The notes: a model not told the origin generated them from the letters alone. Shown: positions 1 to 12,494, counted from the stretch's first letter. The stretch: DNA of 64,000 bases from Octopus vulgaris (GCA_951406725.2 OX597817.1:9486001-9550000), one strand, 5' to 3'. Translations and numbers: made by a program.

Positions 1-667
1 ATCGGCATAGAAACCTTAAGAAAAGTTCAACACAGCAATACACCTTCCCCGAAAATACTGCAGTTTTGTATGTATATGCACATACAACCCCTGAAACAAA
101 GAAGCCTTCACCATTATCACCCAAAATGTGCTAATGCTACATAAGGACCCCAAATTAAAGGAAATTTTACACACACATAAGATCATTAAAAGCCACAAAC
201 AACCGAAATCACTAAAAAAGATCCTCACAAAGGCAAAATTATTTTCTAAAATAATAGACGCAAAAGTGAAGAAATGTGGTCGACCAAATTGCGTAACATG
301 CCCAAACCGTCTAGAAGGATAAGAACTCCTTTTCAAAGAGGGACAAAAATTCAAAATCAAATCTGACTTTACTTGTGCCTCAGAAAACCTGATTTATGTT
401 ATAAGATGCTCGGGCTGCCACCAAATCTACATAGGGTCCACGGGATTATCGCTCAGATGCAGATGCATTCTGCACCGACAGCAGATTGCATTCCAAGAAT
501 ACAGAATATTCTTTAGTGAACACATTGAAAAATGCGCGAAGCAACTGCTACCACAATTTTTAATCTTTCCATTTTATCAAAGTACCATTGGAACACCAAC
601 ACAAGTTAGATTAAATAAGGAAACCTACTTCATCGAAAAATATAAGCCAAAACTTAACCATTCCTAG
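1..667 (+). mobile_element. Penelope-like element (Neptune-type) 3' ORF fragment: Cys-rich linker plus GIY-YIG endonuclease, decayed
   Basis: Translation KCGRPNCVTCPNRLEG*ELLFKEGQKFKIKSDFTCASENLIYVIRCSGCHQIYIGSTG...ETYFIEKYKPKLNHS* (stop at 665-667). LIY-x10-YIG motif, with an internal stop and a frameshift. Confidence 0.85.
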
Positions 668-1138
668 CAATTTTAAATATGGAAACTTACCTCATTGAAA
701 AAATATAAAGCAAAACTTTCTATTGTTTCTAAACCAAATCATGTTAATAAAAGCTAGTCATTCCCAACATTTTTGATTATCTCCCTTATACCGAAAAAAT
801 CCCTGATTACCTTTCCCTCTCTGAAACTCTCATATTTCACTCATAGCGAAGAGATTACACAATATCGGTAAAGAAATTTGAGAAATGTGAAAAGAAAATA
901 CGAGACCGGTTATTTCTCCCAAAACAATGTTACTTTACACAAAATTATATAACATTTTTCTAAAATAACGATTTAAATATATTCTTTAATCATATAATAC
1001 AAGACTTATGTAGTTTTTTCACTCTATTTTGTCTCTCATACATCCAACCACGTGCTTTCACGCACACACACACACACGTATGTATGTATGTATGTATGTA
1101 TGTATGTATGTATGTATGTATGTATGTATGTATGTAGG

Positions 1139-1180
<42 letters not shown>

Positions 1181-1249
1181 TAGATAGATAGATAGATAGG
1201 TAGCTAGATAGATAGACGGAAATATAAGGAGAGATAAGTGGCATGAAGA

Positions 1250-1456
1250 GGTTACAGTTGTTTCATACTCCTCTTCGATTTATATAATCAACTTCGTTAT
1301 AAACATTAACATATATGACAATGTAGAGAAACACACTTCACACACACGCGCGCGCGCACACAAACAACACACACACACACATACATAGATGTATATATAT
1401 TCATGTTTATAGCGAAGTTGATGTAAATCTGAGAGGATTATGAAACAACTACAACC
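1250..1456. repeat. Imperfect inverted repeat (~55 bp arms) flanking a (CA)n-rich spacer
   Basis: 1250-1306 ggttacagttgtttcatactcctc...aacttcgttataaacat is the approximate reverse complement of 1403-1456 atgtttatagcgaagtt...gaggattatgaaacaactacaacc. Confidence 0.7.
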
Positions 1457-1639
1457 GCCACAGAAGTATTAAAACTCTTCGTATCTCTTATATTTATACA
1501 TATATATTAAAAAATTAATGCAAATGTGCGTGTTTGTATATGCGTGTATGTGTGTATAAATATATATCTACATACAAGTATGAATGTATGTATGTATGTA
1601 TGTATGTATGTATGTATGTATGTATGTATGTATGTATGC

Positions 1640-1740
<101 letters not shown>

Positions 1741-1751
1741 CATATTTATAT

Positions 1752-2352
1752 GAGGGAATCCGATCAAGCTCAGCTAAAGTCAGTTGTAGTGTTCGACAAG
1801 GTACTGTGTTGGGCCCACTCCACTTCATTATCTAGATCAATGAAATACTATACGTTATCAAACATTGTACATGGAAAATATTTGCAGATGATTCCAAGCT
1901 TCGGAAGGCCATAAACGGTACTGGAGACCGAACATGCCTTCAGTTGGGTCTGTTTGCTGTTGTTCAATGGGCAGAAAAGAACAATATGCTTCAAAATGAA
2001 GATAAGTTTAATTTGATCCACTTTGGAAAAGAGGATATACTGAAACTACCATATGCTTTTCCCCTCGGGTGACTCCCCAGTGTCATCCAACAACACCAGA
2101 GACCTTAGAGTAATTGTTGATAACAATCTAATCGGGAGTTCCCACGTAAATAGCAAGATTAACTTGGTCCGCAAATTCTGCTCCTGGATTCTGAGAACTT
2201 TCTGGTCTAGAGATGCTCAAACCATCATCCTTCTTTACTCTACTTTTACTCGACTCCACCTTAAATACTGTTTCCCTCTGTGGTTTCCCCATACGAAGCA
2301 ACTCATTATGAAAGTGGAAGCACTCCAGAGGTCAATAACAAGAAAGATAGAC
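1752..2352 (+). mobile_element. CR1/L2-group LINE reverse transcriptase fragment
   Basis: [33 protein letters not shown] and KYCFPLWFPH...KVEALQRSITRKI, with stops and frameshifts. Confidence 0.85.
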
Positions 2353-2930
2353 GCCTTAAGAGTGAATCTGACAAGCAAAGACTGTACAGGTTAAATATTT
2401 ATGCGAGGCATATCAATATTAAGAAGTGACATATTCAATAAGAATGAATTCAAGCTATTCACAAAAGAAAGAAAACACACAATATTACTAGCCTCAATCG
2501 TCGAAAAGTTCAGGAATAAATAAAATAAAACATGGAAACAAAATTCAGTAGAATCAAATACCCTAGAGATAGTTACAGAAGAATAAAATCATGATCATGG
2601 CCAAAAGAATGAACGCAATGACTGCAAGGAGATAAAGAAGAAATGAGTGAGTTTGATGTCTATGAAACATAAAAATACCTGAAGGTATAGCATGAAGATA
2701 AGTTTTAGTATAAATAGACGAAAAGTGCATAACCTGGAAACCAAATGAATAGAATACTTGAATAGAATATAAACAGCGTGAGGCATAGCACAACAGACTA
2801 CTGACTTCTACACTGTTTAATAGTTCTATATAAGAATATAAATTTAAATTAGATTTCTGCTATTGGTTTATATAGATTGAAAGGCAAATACAGGCATTAT
2901 ACTGCTCCGCCTTTAATATATATGTATGTT

Positions 2931-3140
2931 AAGGCGGCGAGCTGGCAGAAACGTTATCACGCCACGAAAAAATGCTTAGCAGCATTTCGTCTGTCTTTGC
3001 GTTCCGAGTTCAAATTCCACCGAGGTCAACTTCGCCTTTCGTCCTTTCGGGGTCAATAAAATAAGTACCAGTTGAACACTGGGGTCGATGTAATCGACAT
3101 TCCCCTCTAATTGCTGGCCTTGTGCCAAAATTTGAAATCA
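2931..3140 (+). mobile_element. tRNA-derived SINE, family A
   Basis: Head ggcggcgagctggcagaa with A/B-box-like motifs (gagttcaaat) and central block gcctttc(a/g)tcctttcggggtc. More than 12 copies in the window. Confidence 0.85.
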
Positions 3141-3186
3141 ATCTGTACATGGATACATACATACAGACAGACATACTATATATATA

Positions 3187-3269
<83 letters not shown>

Positions 3270-3270
3270 A

Positions 3271-5500
3271 TATTAAGGTAAAAACAGTTAATGTCTGGTC
3301 ATAAGAGTGACCATTGGTTTCGCATCCACGAAAACCGTAGCCTCATGGACAACTCATCAGACTCTAGTCTGAGGACAAAATTAACTCTTCATCTCTCGGA
3401 GGTGAAAAAAATGTTACGGTAAATGGTTAAAAGATCATCAGAGAATAAATGGGCCGGCAAGCGAAGACAGGTTATCTCCCCTAGACCAGCTATTTGAGAG
3501 CTATCTTTCTAATGGATCGTAAGGACTCTCCGAGCTTACTAAGTGATCGGGGAGTCCCATGATTGCAGGTAGCGCTTGAAATGGATACATGTGAGGAAGA
3601 TTTCTTGAGTATTCAGCGACCCAGGTTTTAGGGAGTTTTTATGTATCGTAGTTCGCTCAGCTGTGCAGAGCTCGCAAAACCCGCTCCCGTGATGTAGGAG
3701 CCCGACCGTTCTAAGATCTTCCACTTGATGTCGTATGTCTATTGATCTTTGAGGAGCCACACATGGCTGGCGAAGGATGTGACGAATCGCCTTTCAGGGA
3801 CCCTGATTGAAGACCTGTGGTACCCGCAGATCCGATGCATTTCCAGATTTGGGTGTTGGCTGTGTTCACACGGTTGGCTCCGGGCCTGGGGATGTTATTG
3901 TTATCACTGGTGCTGTTGGTGTCCGCATGATCATCTCCGGCTGTAGTGCTGGTGTTTCTGCTGCTGTTGTTGCATCCGATGCCGTCGATGTTGTTGGATA
4001 ATCCGTTGCTGCTATTACTGAAATCACTAGACCTGGGTATCATCACAGCTTCATAAATGACTCCCTAAGTCTCGCATTTGCCTCCCACTGGACAGTCATT
4101 GTACGCCCTGCAAGAGCAACCTGCCTCTTCCCGTGTTTTATGAGTGTTAGCTAATATACTTTTCGTGTTAGGGACACAGTTAAAGGAGACCCTTATGCTG
4201 TGCCTATTGAATAAACGTCTGTATCTGTGCGTCAGCGTGAAGTGTTTGTCTATTAACCTGAGGAATATCCTTCTCTCACAAGTCTTAATCCTTGAGAGAG
4301 AAGGGTGGGGCAAACTAAACCACGTTTTTGCGGCGCTTTAATTTGTGGGTGCTAGGACCTGGCATGAAGGAGATGTGGTCCTTAAACAACCCATTTGACG
4401 CCAGTATCTCGTTGTAGCAGGGGGCGGCGGCGTCGAAGATATCTTGACTAGAGGATAGATTCGAGATCCTATTACTGATAGCCTTCACTCGATTCTTGAA
4501 TACGATAGTGGGGTGGTAGGAGGCTAAGTTGATATAGGATGACTTTTTGTTTGACTTGCGGCAAGGCCTGTGTGTACCAGAGTCCACGGCTAGAGTGGCA
4601 CCTAGGAAATCTACGGTGGTGAGATTCGTCTCGATAGTAATTTTGAATCCCATGGAGCCTATGATACTATCCAGGTCCTTTCTAAGTCTATCGAGCGTGT
4701 TGCTATTGGCTCCTCTAGAGATTGCTAGAGCGTCATCCCAGTAGAAACCGAAGAGGACCGAAGGGAATTCCTTCCCTAAGGTGTCCAGGATGGATAGACC
4801 AATTAGATCACGTACGTCGGCGCTGTTGTAGGCTCGCATAGCTACATCGAAGGACCTCTCGTGGTCAGATTGCTTGACCCACATCGAATCTTTATTGAAC
4901 AGCATCGTCTTCCTGGCATGCATTATACCGTCTATATCTCCATCGCTGATATCTGTGAAGCCTTTAGCAAAGGAAAGTGCCGTGCCTCTATCAACAACCC
5001 TTTGATATCGACAGGTAAAAATCGACTATCTCGAATTGTGTGAACCTTGCTCTACACCTTCCCCGGTTAACATTTTACCATGAGGTCACCTCTTTGGTGT
5101 TGCACCATAGAGAGAGGCCGGAGGCTCTCCCTATGTCGTCATTAATCTTCCTCAGTATATGCTTGCTCGCTTGGCCGAGCTCGGATTTAGCCGGTTTGAT
5201 CAGATGGCATTTGGAGTGAGAGACAAAGTTTGGCTTGTGGTCTTTTATTGTGATAAAGGCATTTCTCTTGGCTAAAATTTCTACCCTATCCGCTCTACCT
5301 AGGTTTGTTTTCACAGTTAACGTTATTGTATCTTTTCGGGTAAGTGCGCTTGTATTTTTGTGTAATGCAATCGTCTAAAAGTCTATGGTAAGTGTGTGTA
5401 CCTATCCTGTATTTGTTCTTAGTCTTATCCGAGAAGATTAAGGACCTGTCGGAGCTTTCTATTCCTTGTATGTCATCCACACATTTTTCGTTGATGTCCT
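3271..5500 (-). mobile_element. Penelope-like element, Naiad-like, decayed RT plus GIY-YIG plus 3' hammerhead
   Basis: ITIKDHKPNF...LIKPAKSELG, FDVAMRAYNSADVRDLIG, FYWDDAL, VDFLGATL, YINLASYHP, CSCRAYNDCPVGGKC, VIY...CIG and CELCTAE...LN...CIH. Confidence 0.88.
3304..3365 (-). ncRNA. Type I hammerhead ribozyme (intact core) in the PLE 3' region
   Basis: Minus strand AGAGU-CUGAUGA-[stem II with UCCAUGA/UCGUGGA and a c(UACG)g loop]-GAAA-CCAAUGG-UC-ACUCU. GUC cleavage triplet, 5-bp stem I. Confidence 0.85.
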
Positions 5501-5502
5501 AA

Positions 5503-5742
5503 AGTTATATTCTGAGTCAACCGAGGAAAGGTTATCTACCAGGCTGAGACATGTACGTCAACGGCTTGTCTATCTCCCCTATATCCAATGATGAAAGCTA
5601 CAAGTACTTCGAAATCCTTGAGAATGTTGCTTACGTTGGTTCTGTGACTAAAGTCAGAATAACAAAATAGTACTTCTGTGGACTTTGGAAAATGTGGAAC
5701 TCAGAGCTCTCTGCAAGACGATGTCTCACAATGCTTTTGCCT
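5503..5742 (+). mobile_element. R4/Dong-like LINE RT C-terminal fragment
   Basis: VNGLSISPISNDESYKYFEILENVAYVGSVTKVRITK*Y...KMWNSELSA...HNAFA resembles the R4-clade YKYLG...IWxSELS...HNxFA segment. Confidence 0.65.
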
Positions 5743-6910
5743 TATATTATAAGGCAAAATACCTATTTGCACGAAAATCTCTGTAAGATACACTGAAAAA
5801 AAAAAACTGTGAAACTGGTTTATGTGAACTTAATGTCATTTTCTATTCACACTGATTTGATATGAAAGCTTAACCAACTCACTTCAGTGTGATAGTAATG
5901 ACGGCTAAGTTTTTGTTTTCTTCTTTCAACTGAAAGGAAACTTTTAATTAATTTTCTTTCGCCTCGCCATTCACTACCTAACTCGTTACTGGATTTACTT
6001 AAATTCGTACCATTGATTGACTAATATTATTTCCTTTAGCTCAATATATATTTTTATTCGATTTTTATTCTACCAAAAGTCTGGTGCCCGAGGAAATGGC
6101 TGGTGTTTTTGTATGATGTAACGCACGAATTATGAATAAACTAACAAGTTATTGAAAGTATAGCATGGATTGAACTATCAGTGTATCGTTTTACTACACC
6201 TCACCACACACACAAACACATAGTCAGGATAAACCCGATCTCTTTTCATTGTGGTGCAAAGTTGGTTGACACGGTGTTTATGCGATTAACATTGTAAGCA
6301 ACTTTACGATCATATGTTTATTGCTAGCTTCGGTGTGAAAACAGGGCTCGTGGTTAAATCACCCGGCTCTCAGTTAGCAACGAGCGATAACGAGTCGACA
6401 AGAGATTAGTTTGAACATTTTCTAAAGACAGAGTCAGGATTTATTGAGTCAACCCTCTTTGCTGAGAGGAAATAGCTTATTTATTTATGTTTTTATGATT
6501 TGCCTTTTATTCAGAAGAGAAGACATTGCCTGTGACTCTTCATCTTGCCCTCGGCATTCATAAGAAAAAAGGAAGAAGTCCTCCTGAATCTGTAGTCCAG
6601 GATCGAATGATTTCAAAAGTGTGGACTCTGCTAATGTTGTCCAAGATAGCATGTAGTAATGTTAAGTAATGTTAACCATGGTCGGATTTGGAATCATCTT
6701 ATTGCTACATATTAAACATATGATCATAACCTTTGTCATAATTTTTATGTCACTAACACTGTGTTATCGCTTCGGTTTATTTAAAAGACACGGTCAATAT
6801 TAGCTCACTACGTCAAGAAAATTAGTTTATCCTGCACACATCTACGTTGCATATATATAGTGATGCCCTACTGCTAGGGGTGACTTGGCGAATCTTAATG
6901 ATAGTATATA

Positions 6911-7244
6911 CAGGGTGACCCAAAAGTCACTAAAGGGTTTCAATTTTTAATAACGTCCTTAATTTTATAAATAAATGCATGAAATTTTGATACAATATAA
7001 AGGTCATAATAGAAATTAATATGCACACGTCAAGGTTTACAACACCACTACATCACATACGAAAAATGACATCGCTTATGTGGCAGTCCTTTTCGGCTTC
7101 GCACGCCTGTGCTCTTTCCAAAACTGGCACCATAACACCCTCTACAGTTTCAGACCCCACTCCCCTGATTTCTCTATTGATGTTCTCTTTCAGTTGCACC
7201 AGGTTCTCCGGTTGGTTGACGTAAACCCTCTCTTTTAGGTATCC
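6911..7244 (-). mobile_element. Tc1/mariner-superfamily transposon 3' end with TIR
   Basis: Minus strand GYLKERVYVNQPENLVQLKENINREI...VLERAQACEAEKDCHISDVIFRM*. Terminus TA|CAGGGTG at 6909-6917. Confidence 0.75.
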
Positions 7245-7862
7245 ATGACTGAGACCTTTCTGCGCCCTGGTAATCCGCTACAGCACTTACCTAGCGTACC
7301 TAATTGTTTAGATCACCCGTGAACTAAACCACCATATATTGTGTATGTTTGTGTGTGTGTGTTTTTAAGTATACATATATGCAGAGAGAGAAGGGAGAGA
7401 GAGAGAGAGGTCTGTATGCATGTATGTGCACATTTCTCTGTATGAATGTATATATGTCTGTGTGTGTATATATATATGTATGTATTTATACATACGCGCA
7501 GAACTCATACTTTGCATACGTAAATTCTATTGATTTTTTTACTCTTTAACTTCCTTTAATTCACATTTTCTTGGTTTTCCTTTGTTCTTATATTATTCTC
7601 CGTCTTTTATTCTTCTTTTCTATAACTTCCTCCTCCTCACCCTCCTTCTTCTTCTTCTCCCCCCCCCCTTTCTCGCTCTCTCTCTCTTATTATTTTCTCT
7701 TTTTCTCCCTCGATCGATTCTACTCTTTAATCCGTCAATCTATCAAGCTTGTTAACCATATAACTAGCTCGCTATCTACTCTTCTGCCTCTATCACTCAA
7801 TCTATATCTCCCACCATCTATAAATCCCGTCTCCTTAATTCCCTAGTGATTGAATCCTTTCC

Positions 7863-7918
<56 letters not shown>

Positions 7919-7919
7919 G

Positions 7920-7986
<67 letters not shown>

Positions 7987-7997
7987 GTGTCTGTCTG

Positions 7998-8057
<60 letters not shown>

Positions 8058-8077
8058 GCTATCTAGCTATCTGTCTG

Positions 8078-8116
<39 letters not shown>

Positions 8117-8131
8117 ATCTATCTATCTATC
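7863..8131. repeat. (TATC)n/(TGTC)n microsatellite
   Basis: Direct observation. Confidence 0.95.
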
Positions 8132-8702
8132 TGTATAGCTGTCTTACGCTTTACTTTCCTATATACTCACCTACCGATCTGCGTGCGCATGTGTGCGTGT
8201 GTACGTGCGCGCGTGTGTGCGTGCGTGCGTACGTTTGTGTGTACGCATTGTCTGCATATATTTCTCTCTCATTTTTCGCATCAGTCGGTCAATTAATCAA
8301 TCGATTGATAGATTGTGCAATTGATTGACTGTTGCATACATTTCATTGGCCGTCCAGAACTGAAGGCCGTTACCTTGCTACAGTGACCTCTCTAAAGCCA
8401 TCATCTTTGTTATACGCATCAGTTCGCTTCTTCAAGCCGTTCGTTGAGCCGTTGTACTCGTGATCGTCTGACCGCTAACTTCATTAGCAAGCCGATTATC
8501 AGCCTTATTCCCAGACACCAACCTTTCTAGACGTTGATTTTTCTGTGAACTGGATCACTATTCTGATATAACACAGGCACAGTTGTACACACGAACACAC
8601 AAGCGGGCATACACAAACACAGACACAGACTTGCGTGTACATACGGCTGTAAAGGTACATATAAAGCGCTTATACAAACAAAATATTCCAGAAACATATA
8701 TA

Positions 8703-8733
<31 letters not shown>

Positions 8734-8753
8734 CCCCTCTCTCTCTGTCTGTA

Positions 8754-8814
<61 letters not shown>

Positions 8815-9052
8815 CACACGCATGCGCACACATTAATAGCTGAAATTCCGTCTCTATATTAAAGCTATCAAAAATTATATAGGACTCAGCAAAGAGTTCA
8901 CTTTTATTCTTTAACTAAATGTTTTGCTTTTGATATCTATGTATGCATACATGCATGATTACATGTATGTATGTATGTATGTATGTATGTATGTATGTAT
9001 GTATGTATGTATGTATGTATGTATGTATGTATGTATGTATGTATGTATGTAT

Positions 9053-9160
9053 GTCATTAATCAGTTTTATTTCAAAATTTCTTGCCAATAGAAAAAGAGC
9101 CATTTTCTAATCTTGATCCAAGGCTCCCTCATTGGAAATTCTACATTAACAACAGGGTAT
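9053..9160 (-). mobile_element. Isolated 3' UTR end of the R4/Dong-like LINE, embedded in (TATG)n
   Basis: Reverse complement matches 53668-53773 (taccctgtt...ttccaatga.gga.ccttggatc...tctattggcaagaaat.ttgaaat.aactga.taatgac). Confidence 0.75.
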
Positions 9161-9233
9161 TTATGTATGTATGTATTTATGTATGTATGTATGTATGTAT
9201 GTATGTGTGTATGTATGTATGTATGTATGTATG

Positions 9234-9264
<31 letters not shown>

Positions 9265-9717
9265 GTATGTATGCATATATATAATAATAATAGCCACACA
9301 CATACACGCACATAAGCGTACTCACACTTTCACTGTTTTAGTCATTGAACTGCAATCCTGCTGTTGCACCGCCTTCATGAGTCTTTGCCAATTAAATAAA
9401 CCCCAGTGAGTTTTGTCCGCTAATTACACAGATAGTCTCAGTTAATCGAAGTTCTTTAAATCGCACTATTTCATATATTAACTCTCCACCTCATTTACAT
9501 TTTGCAAGACAGAACGCCCCACCCCCAACGACGTAATTTTCCCTCAGTCATACTGTTGATATTCCCATCTCTGGTTCATTGATTAGCTTTCAGTTAATTG
9601 TAATGGATGTAGGCATGTTATCCAGGCATATTGTGGGCCGTTTTCTACTTCATATTTTAAAGCATTTATTTATGTCCCGAGATCCACTTTGCCTTTCATC
9701 CTCCCTTAATCCCCATA

Positions 9718-10123
9718 GGCGCAGGAGTGGCTGTGTGGTAAGTAGCTTGCTAACCGACCACATGGTTCCGGGTTCAGTCCCACTGCGTGGCATCTTGGGC
9801 AAGTGTCTTCTGCTATAGCCCCGGGCCGACCAATGCCTTGTGAGTGGATTTGGTAGACGGAAACTGAAAGAAGCCCGTCGTATATATGTATATATATATA
9901 TGTATGTGTGTGTATATGTTTGTGTGTCTGTGTTTGTCCCCCTAGCATTGCTTGACAACCGATGTTGGTGTGTTTACGTCCCCGTCACTTAGCGGTTCGG
10001 CAAAAGACACCGATAGATGAAGTACTGGGCTTACAAAGAATAAGTCCCGGGGTCGATTTGCTCGACTAAAGGCGGTGCTCCAGCATGGCCGCAGTCAAAT
10101 GACTGAAACAAGTAAAAGAGTAA
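9718..10123 (+). mobile_element. tRNA-derived SINE, family B (CORE-like block, internal microsatellite)
   Basis: ggagtggctgtgtggtaag...gggttcagtccc head, cttgggcaagtg block, (TA)/(TG) tract, gtaaaagag tail. Near-identical copy at 41483-41890. Confidence 0.85.
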
Positions 10124-10175
10124 TCGATTACAAGTCAAGTACTGACTGCTGCTGCTGTTGTTGTTGTTGTTGTTG

Positions 10176-10375
10176 TTAAGCAACAAGACGGGTAAGGGGG
10201 ATTAGGTGATGGTCTAGGGCTTAGGGGCAGGAGACCCCAAACCTTGGAAGAAAAAAACTTTGGTCGTCTTGTTGCAGTCGAGAGTTCTTCGTTGACGCCC
10301 GACACCACTGGGAGGTGGCCCTCGAAGTCGCTGGAAAAGGAGATCTCCAGGTCCGTCCAAATTCTTGGACGGCTG
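10176..10375 (-). mobile_element. ~200-nt structured non-tRNA short retroposon with (AAC)n tail, copy 1
   Basis: Closely similar to 32569-32587 plus 32819-33008, with the same ends. Flanked by duplicated gctgctgttgttg. Several internal stems. Confidence 0.7.
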
Positions 10376-10504
10376 CTGTTGTTGCTGATGTTACTGCTAC
10401 CGTCGTTGTTGATGTTGTTCTTGGCGACGACGTCGACGTTAATCATGGTCATGATCATGATGACCATCATCATGATCACGATGACGATGATCAGTATGAT
10501 GATA

Positions 10505-10546
<42 letters not shown>

Positions 10547-10814
10547 GTGATGGTGATGATGCTGATGATGATGATGATGTTATTTAGCTCTATGTAGACT
10601 CTGGTTTAGCAGAACGTTGATCATATCACAAAAGTGGCTGAATAGGGAAAATAGAATTTTCATTTATGGATGTTACCATATCTTAGCTGAGTAGGTTAGA
10701 CCTGATTCAGCATATCTATGATCTTAGCAACGTACTTAAACAACAACAACAACAACAACAAAATTGTTCAAAGACAATTGAGAGTGATTTGAGGAGGACT
10801 ATGTCTTTTTACTT

Positions 10815-11064
10815 TAGCCTCGGGGTGAACAAAGACTTGTGAGTGGATTTGGTAGACGGAAACTGAAAGAAGCCCGTCGTATATATGTATATGTATATAT
10901 AGCCAGGAACAGTCTTCGCTACATTTGCGGTACCTGCCAGAGAGAGTGTTTGTCCAGGATAGGACTACACAGCCACAGCAAGAAATGTATCAGGACATGA
11001 AATGTAAAAGCCGGACTGGACTATTTTAAGCGCAACTCCATTGTCTCCCGAGACAAAAAGGATG

Positions 11065-11133
<69 letters not shown>

Positions 11134-11390
11134 ATGTGTGTATGTGTGTGTGTGTGTGTGTGTGTGTTTGTGTCTGTGTTTGTTCCCCCCATCATCGCTT
11201 GACAACCGATGCTGGTGTGTTTACGTGCCCGTCATCTAGCGGTTCGGCAAAAGGCACCGATAGAATAAGTACAAGGCTTACAAAGAATAAGTCCTGGGGT
11301 CGATTTGCTCGACTAAAGTTGGTGCTTCAGCATGGCCACAGTCAAATGACTGAAACAAGTAAAAGAGTAAAAGTGAAAGAGAAAAGAGTA
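10815..11390 (+). mobile_element. 5'-truncated SINE family B interrupted by an RTE 3' end
   Basis: gtgagtggatttggtagacggaaactgaaagaagcccgtcg before the insertion and cttgacaaccgatgctggtg...gtaaaagag after it. Confidence 0.75.
10901..11068 (+). mobile_element. RTE LINE extreme 3' end inserted in (TA)n
   Basis: RECLSRIGLHSHSKKCIRT* C2H2-like RTE C-terminus followed by a short 3' UTR ending in (TA)n. Confidence 0.7.
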
Positions 11391-11623
11391 AAAATGTGGA
11401 AGTAATTAATACACTATGCTGAATGTAATTTGACACGCACGGCCATAGAGATTAAAACTTCTTCGACGCCGTTAAAATACAGATAAAACTATTGTGTAGA
11501 AGTGACACCATTGGATTCAGTAGAATTACCGTGCAGTTTAACTCCCGATACTTTATGTTCTGGACTAAAATCTCACCAGTTCAACTTTGCTCATCATTCT
11601 TTCGAGGTCGATAAAATGAAGTA

Positions 11624-11814
11624 CTGCATTTTCCGGCATACAAGTCGAAACATGTAGTGTAAACATTCAAATATCGTCCCTAACTTTTCAAAATCTGCTG
11701 AATTTCACATGGAATTTTTCGTCCTCCAAAGTCGTCTTGGTGTATAAGCCAACCTACCTTTTTTTACTGTGAATTTGGGTCTGAAAAATTCGCCTTATAC
11801 CCCGGAAAACATGG
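11624..11814. mobile_element. pogo-like MITE inserted at TA inside a decayed family A SINE
   Basis: Imperfect TIRs ta|ctgcattttccggcatacaag ... cttataccccggaaaacatgg|ta. Confidence 0.65.
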
Positions 11815-12494
11815 TAACAATCAAGCACTGTCACCTATGGTATTGATAAAACCACTCTCTCAAATGTCAGGCCGTGTACCCACATTGGAAACAATTATTA
11901 GTGTTGTTGTCTTTGGTCAAGTAGTCCTATGATTAAAAAAATTCTATCTCTTCCGTCTTGATTTCGTTATAGATACAGTGAATTCAAAATCACATGATCA
12001 TTGCGTTTTTTATTTTTATGACAGTTGATGCAAAAGAAATTTTGCAGCTATTTCTAACTTGTAAGTCGTCCACATAGAAGATCACATATTTGCTTTCTTG
12101 CTTTCATTGGAGTTATTTTATAGTGATAGGGTGATTGGTAGAATCATTAGAACACCAGAAAAGAAGTACCTTGTAGTACCTGTTCCGTTACCTTGCACTT
12201 TAGTTTCGAACCTTGTCGAGGTCAACTTTGCTTTTCAGCCATTCGGTATCGAAAAAATATAGCACTAGTCAAGCAATGGAGTCGATGCTATCAACTTAAC
12301 CCTTCCCTTCAAATTTACTGGCCTTGTGTCTTAATTAGAAAAAAAAAGGGTTGGTTATGGGAGTGATATAGCTGACATTCTTGTAACCACTTGTCTTTTG
12401 TCGCAGTACTTGATGGAGTTAGCGGTACTTTAGCTTGATTGATTATCGCTGCTACAGGTACTGTGGTAATTTTGGCACTGATCATAATGATGAC

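Noticed and set aside
3400-4110. Possible selenocysteine-encoding Naiad (in-frame UGA plus SECIS)
   Set aside because: The conserved Cys positions I could read use normal Cys codons, and no SECIS was recognisable by eye.
8330-8590. Non-repetitive moderate-GC island, possibly an exon or enhancer
   Set aside because: No convincing ORF, splice pair or structure.
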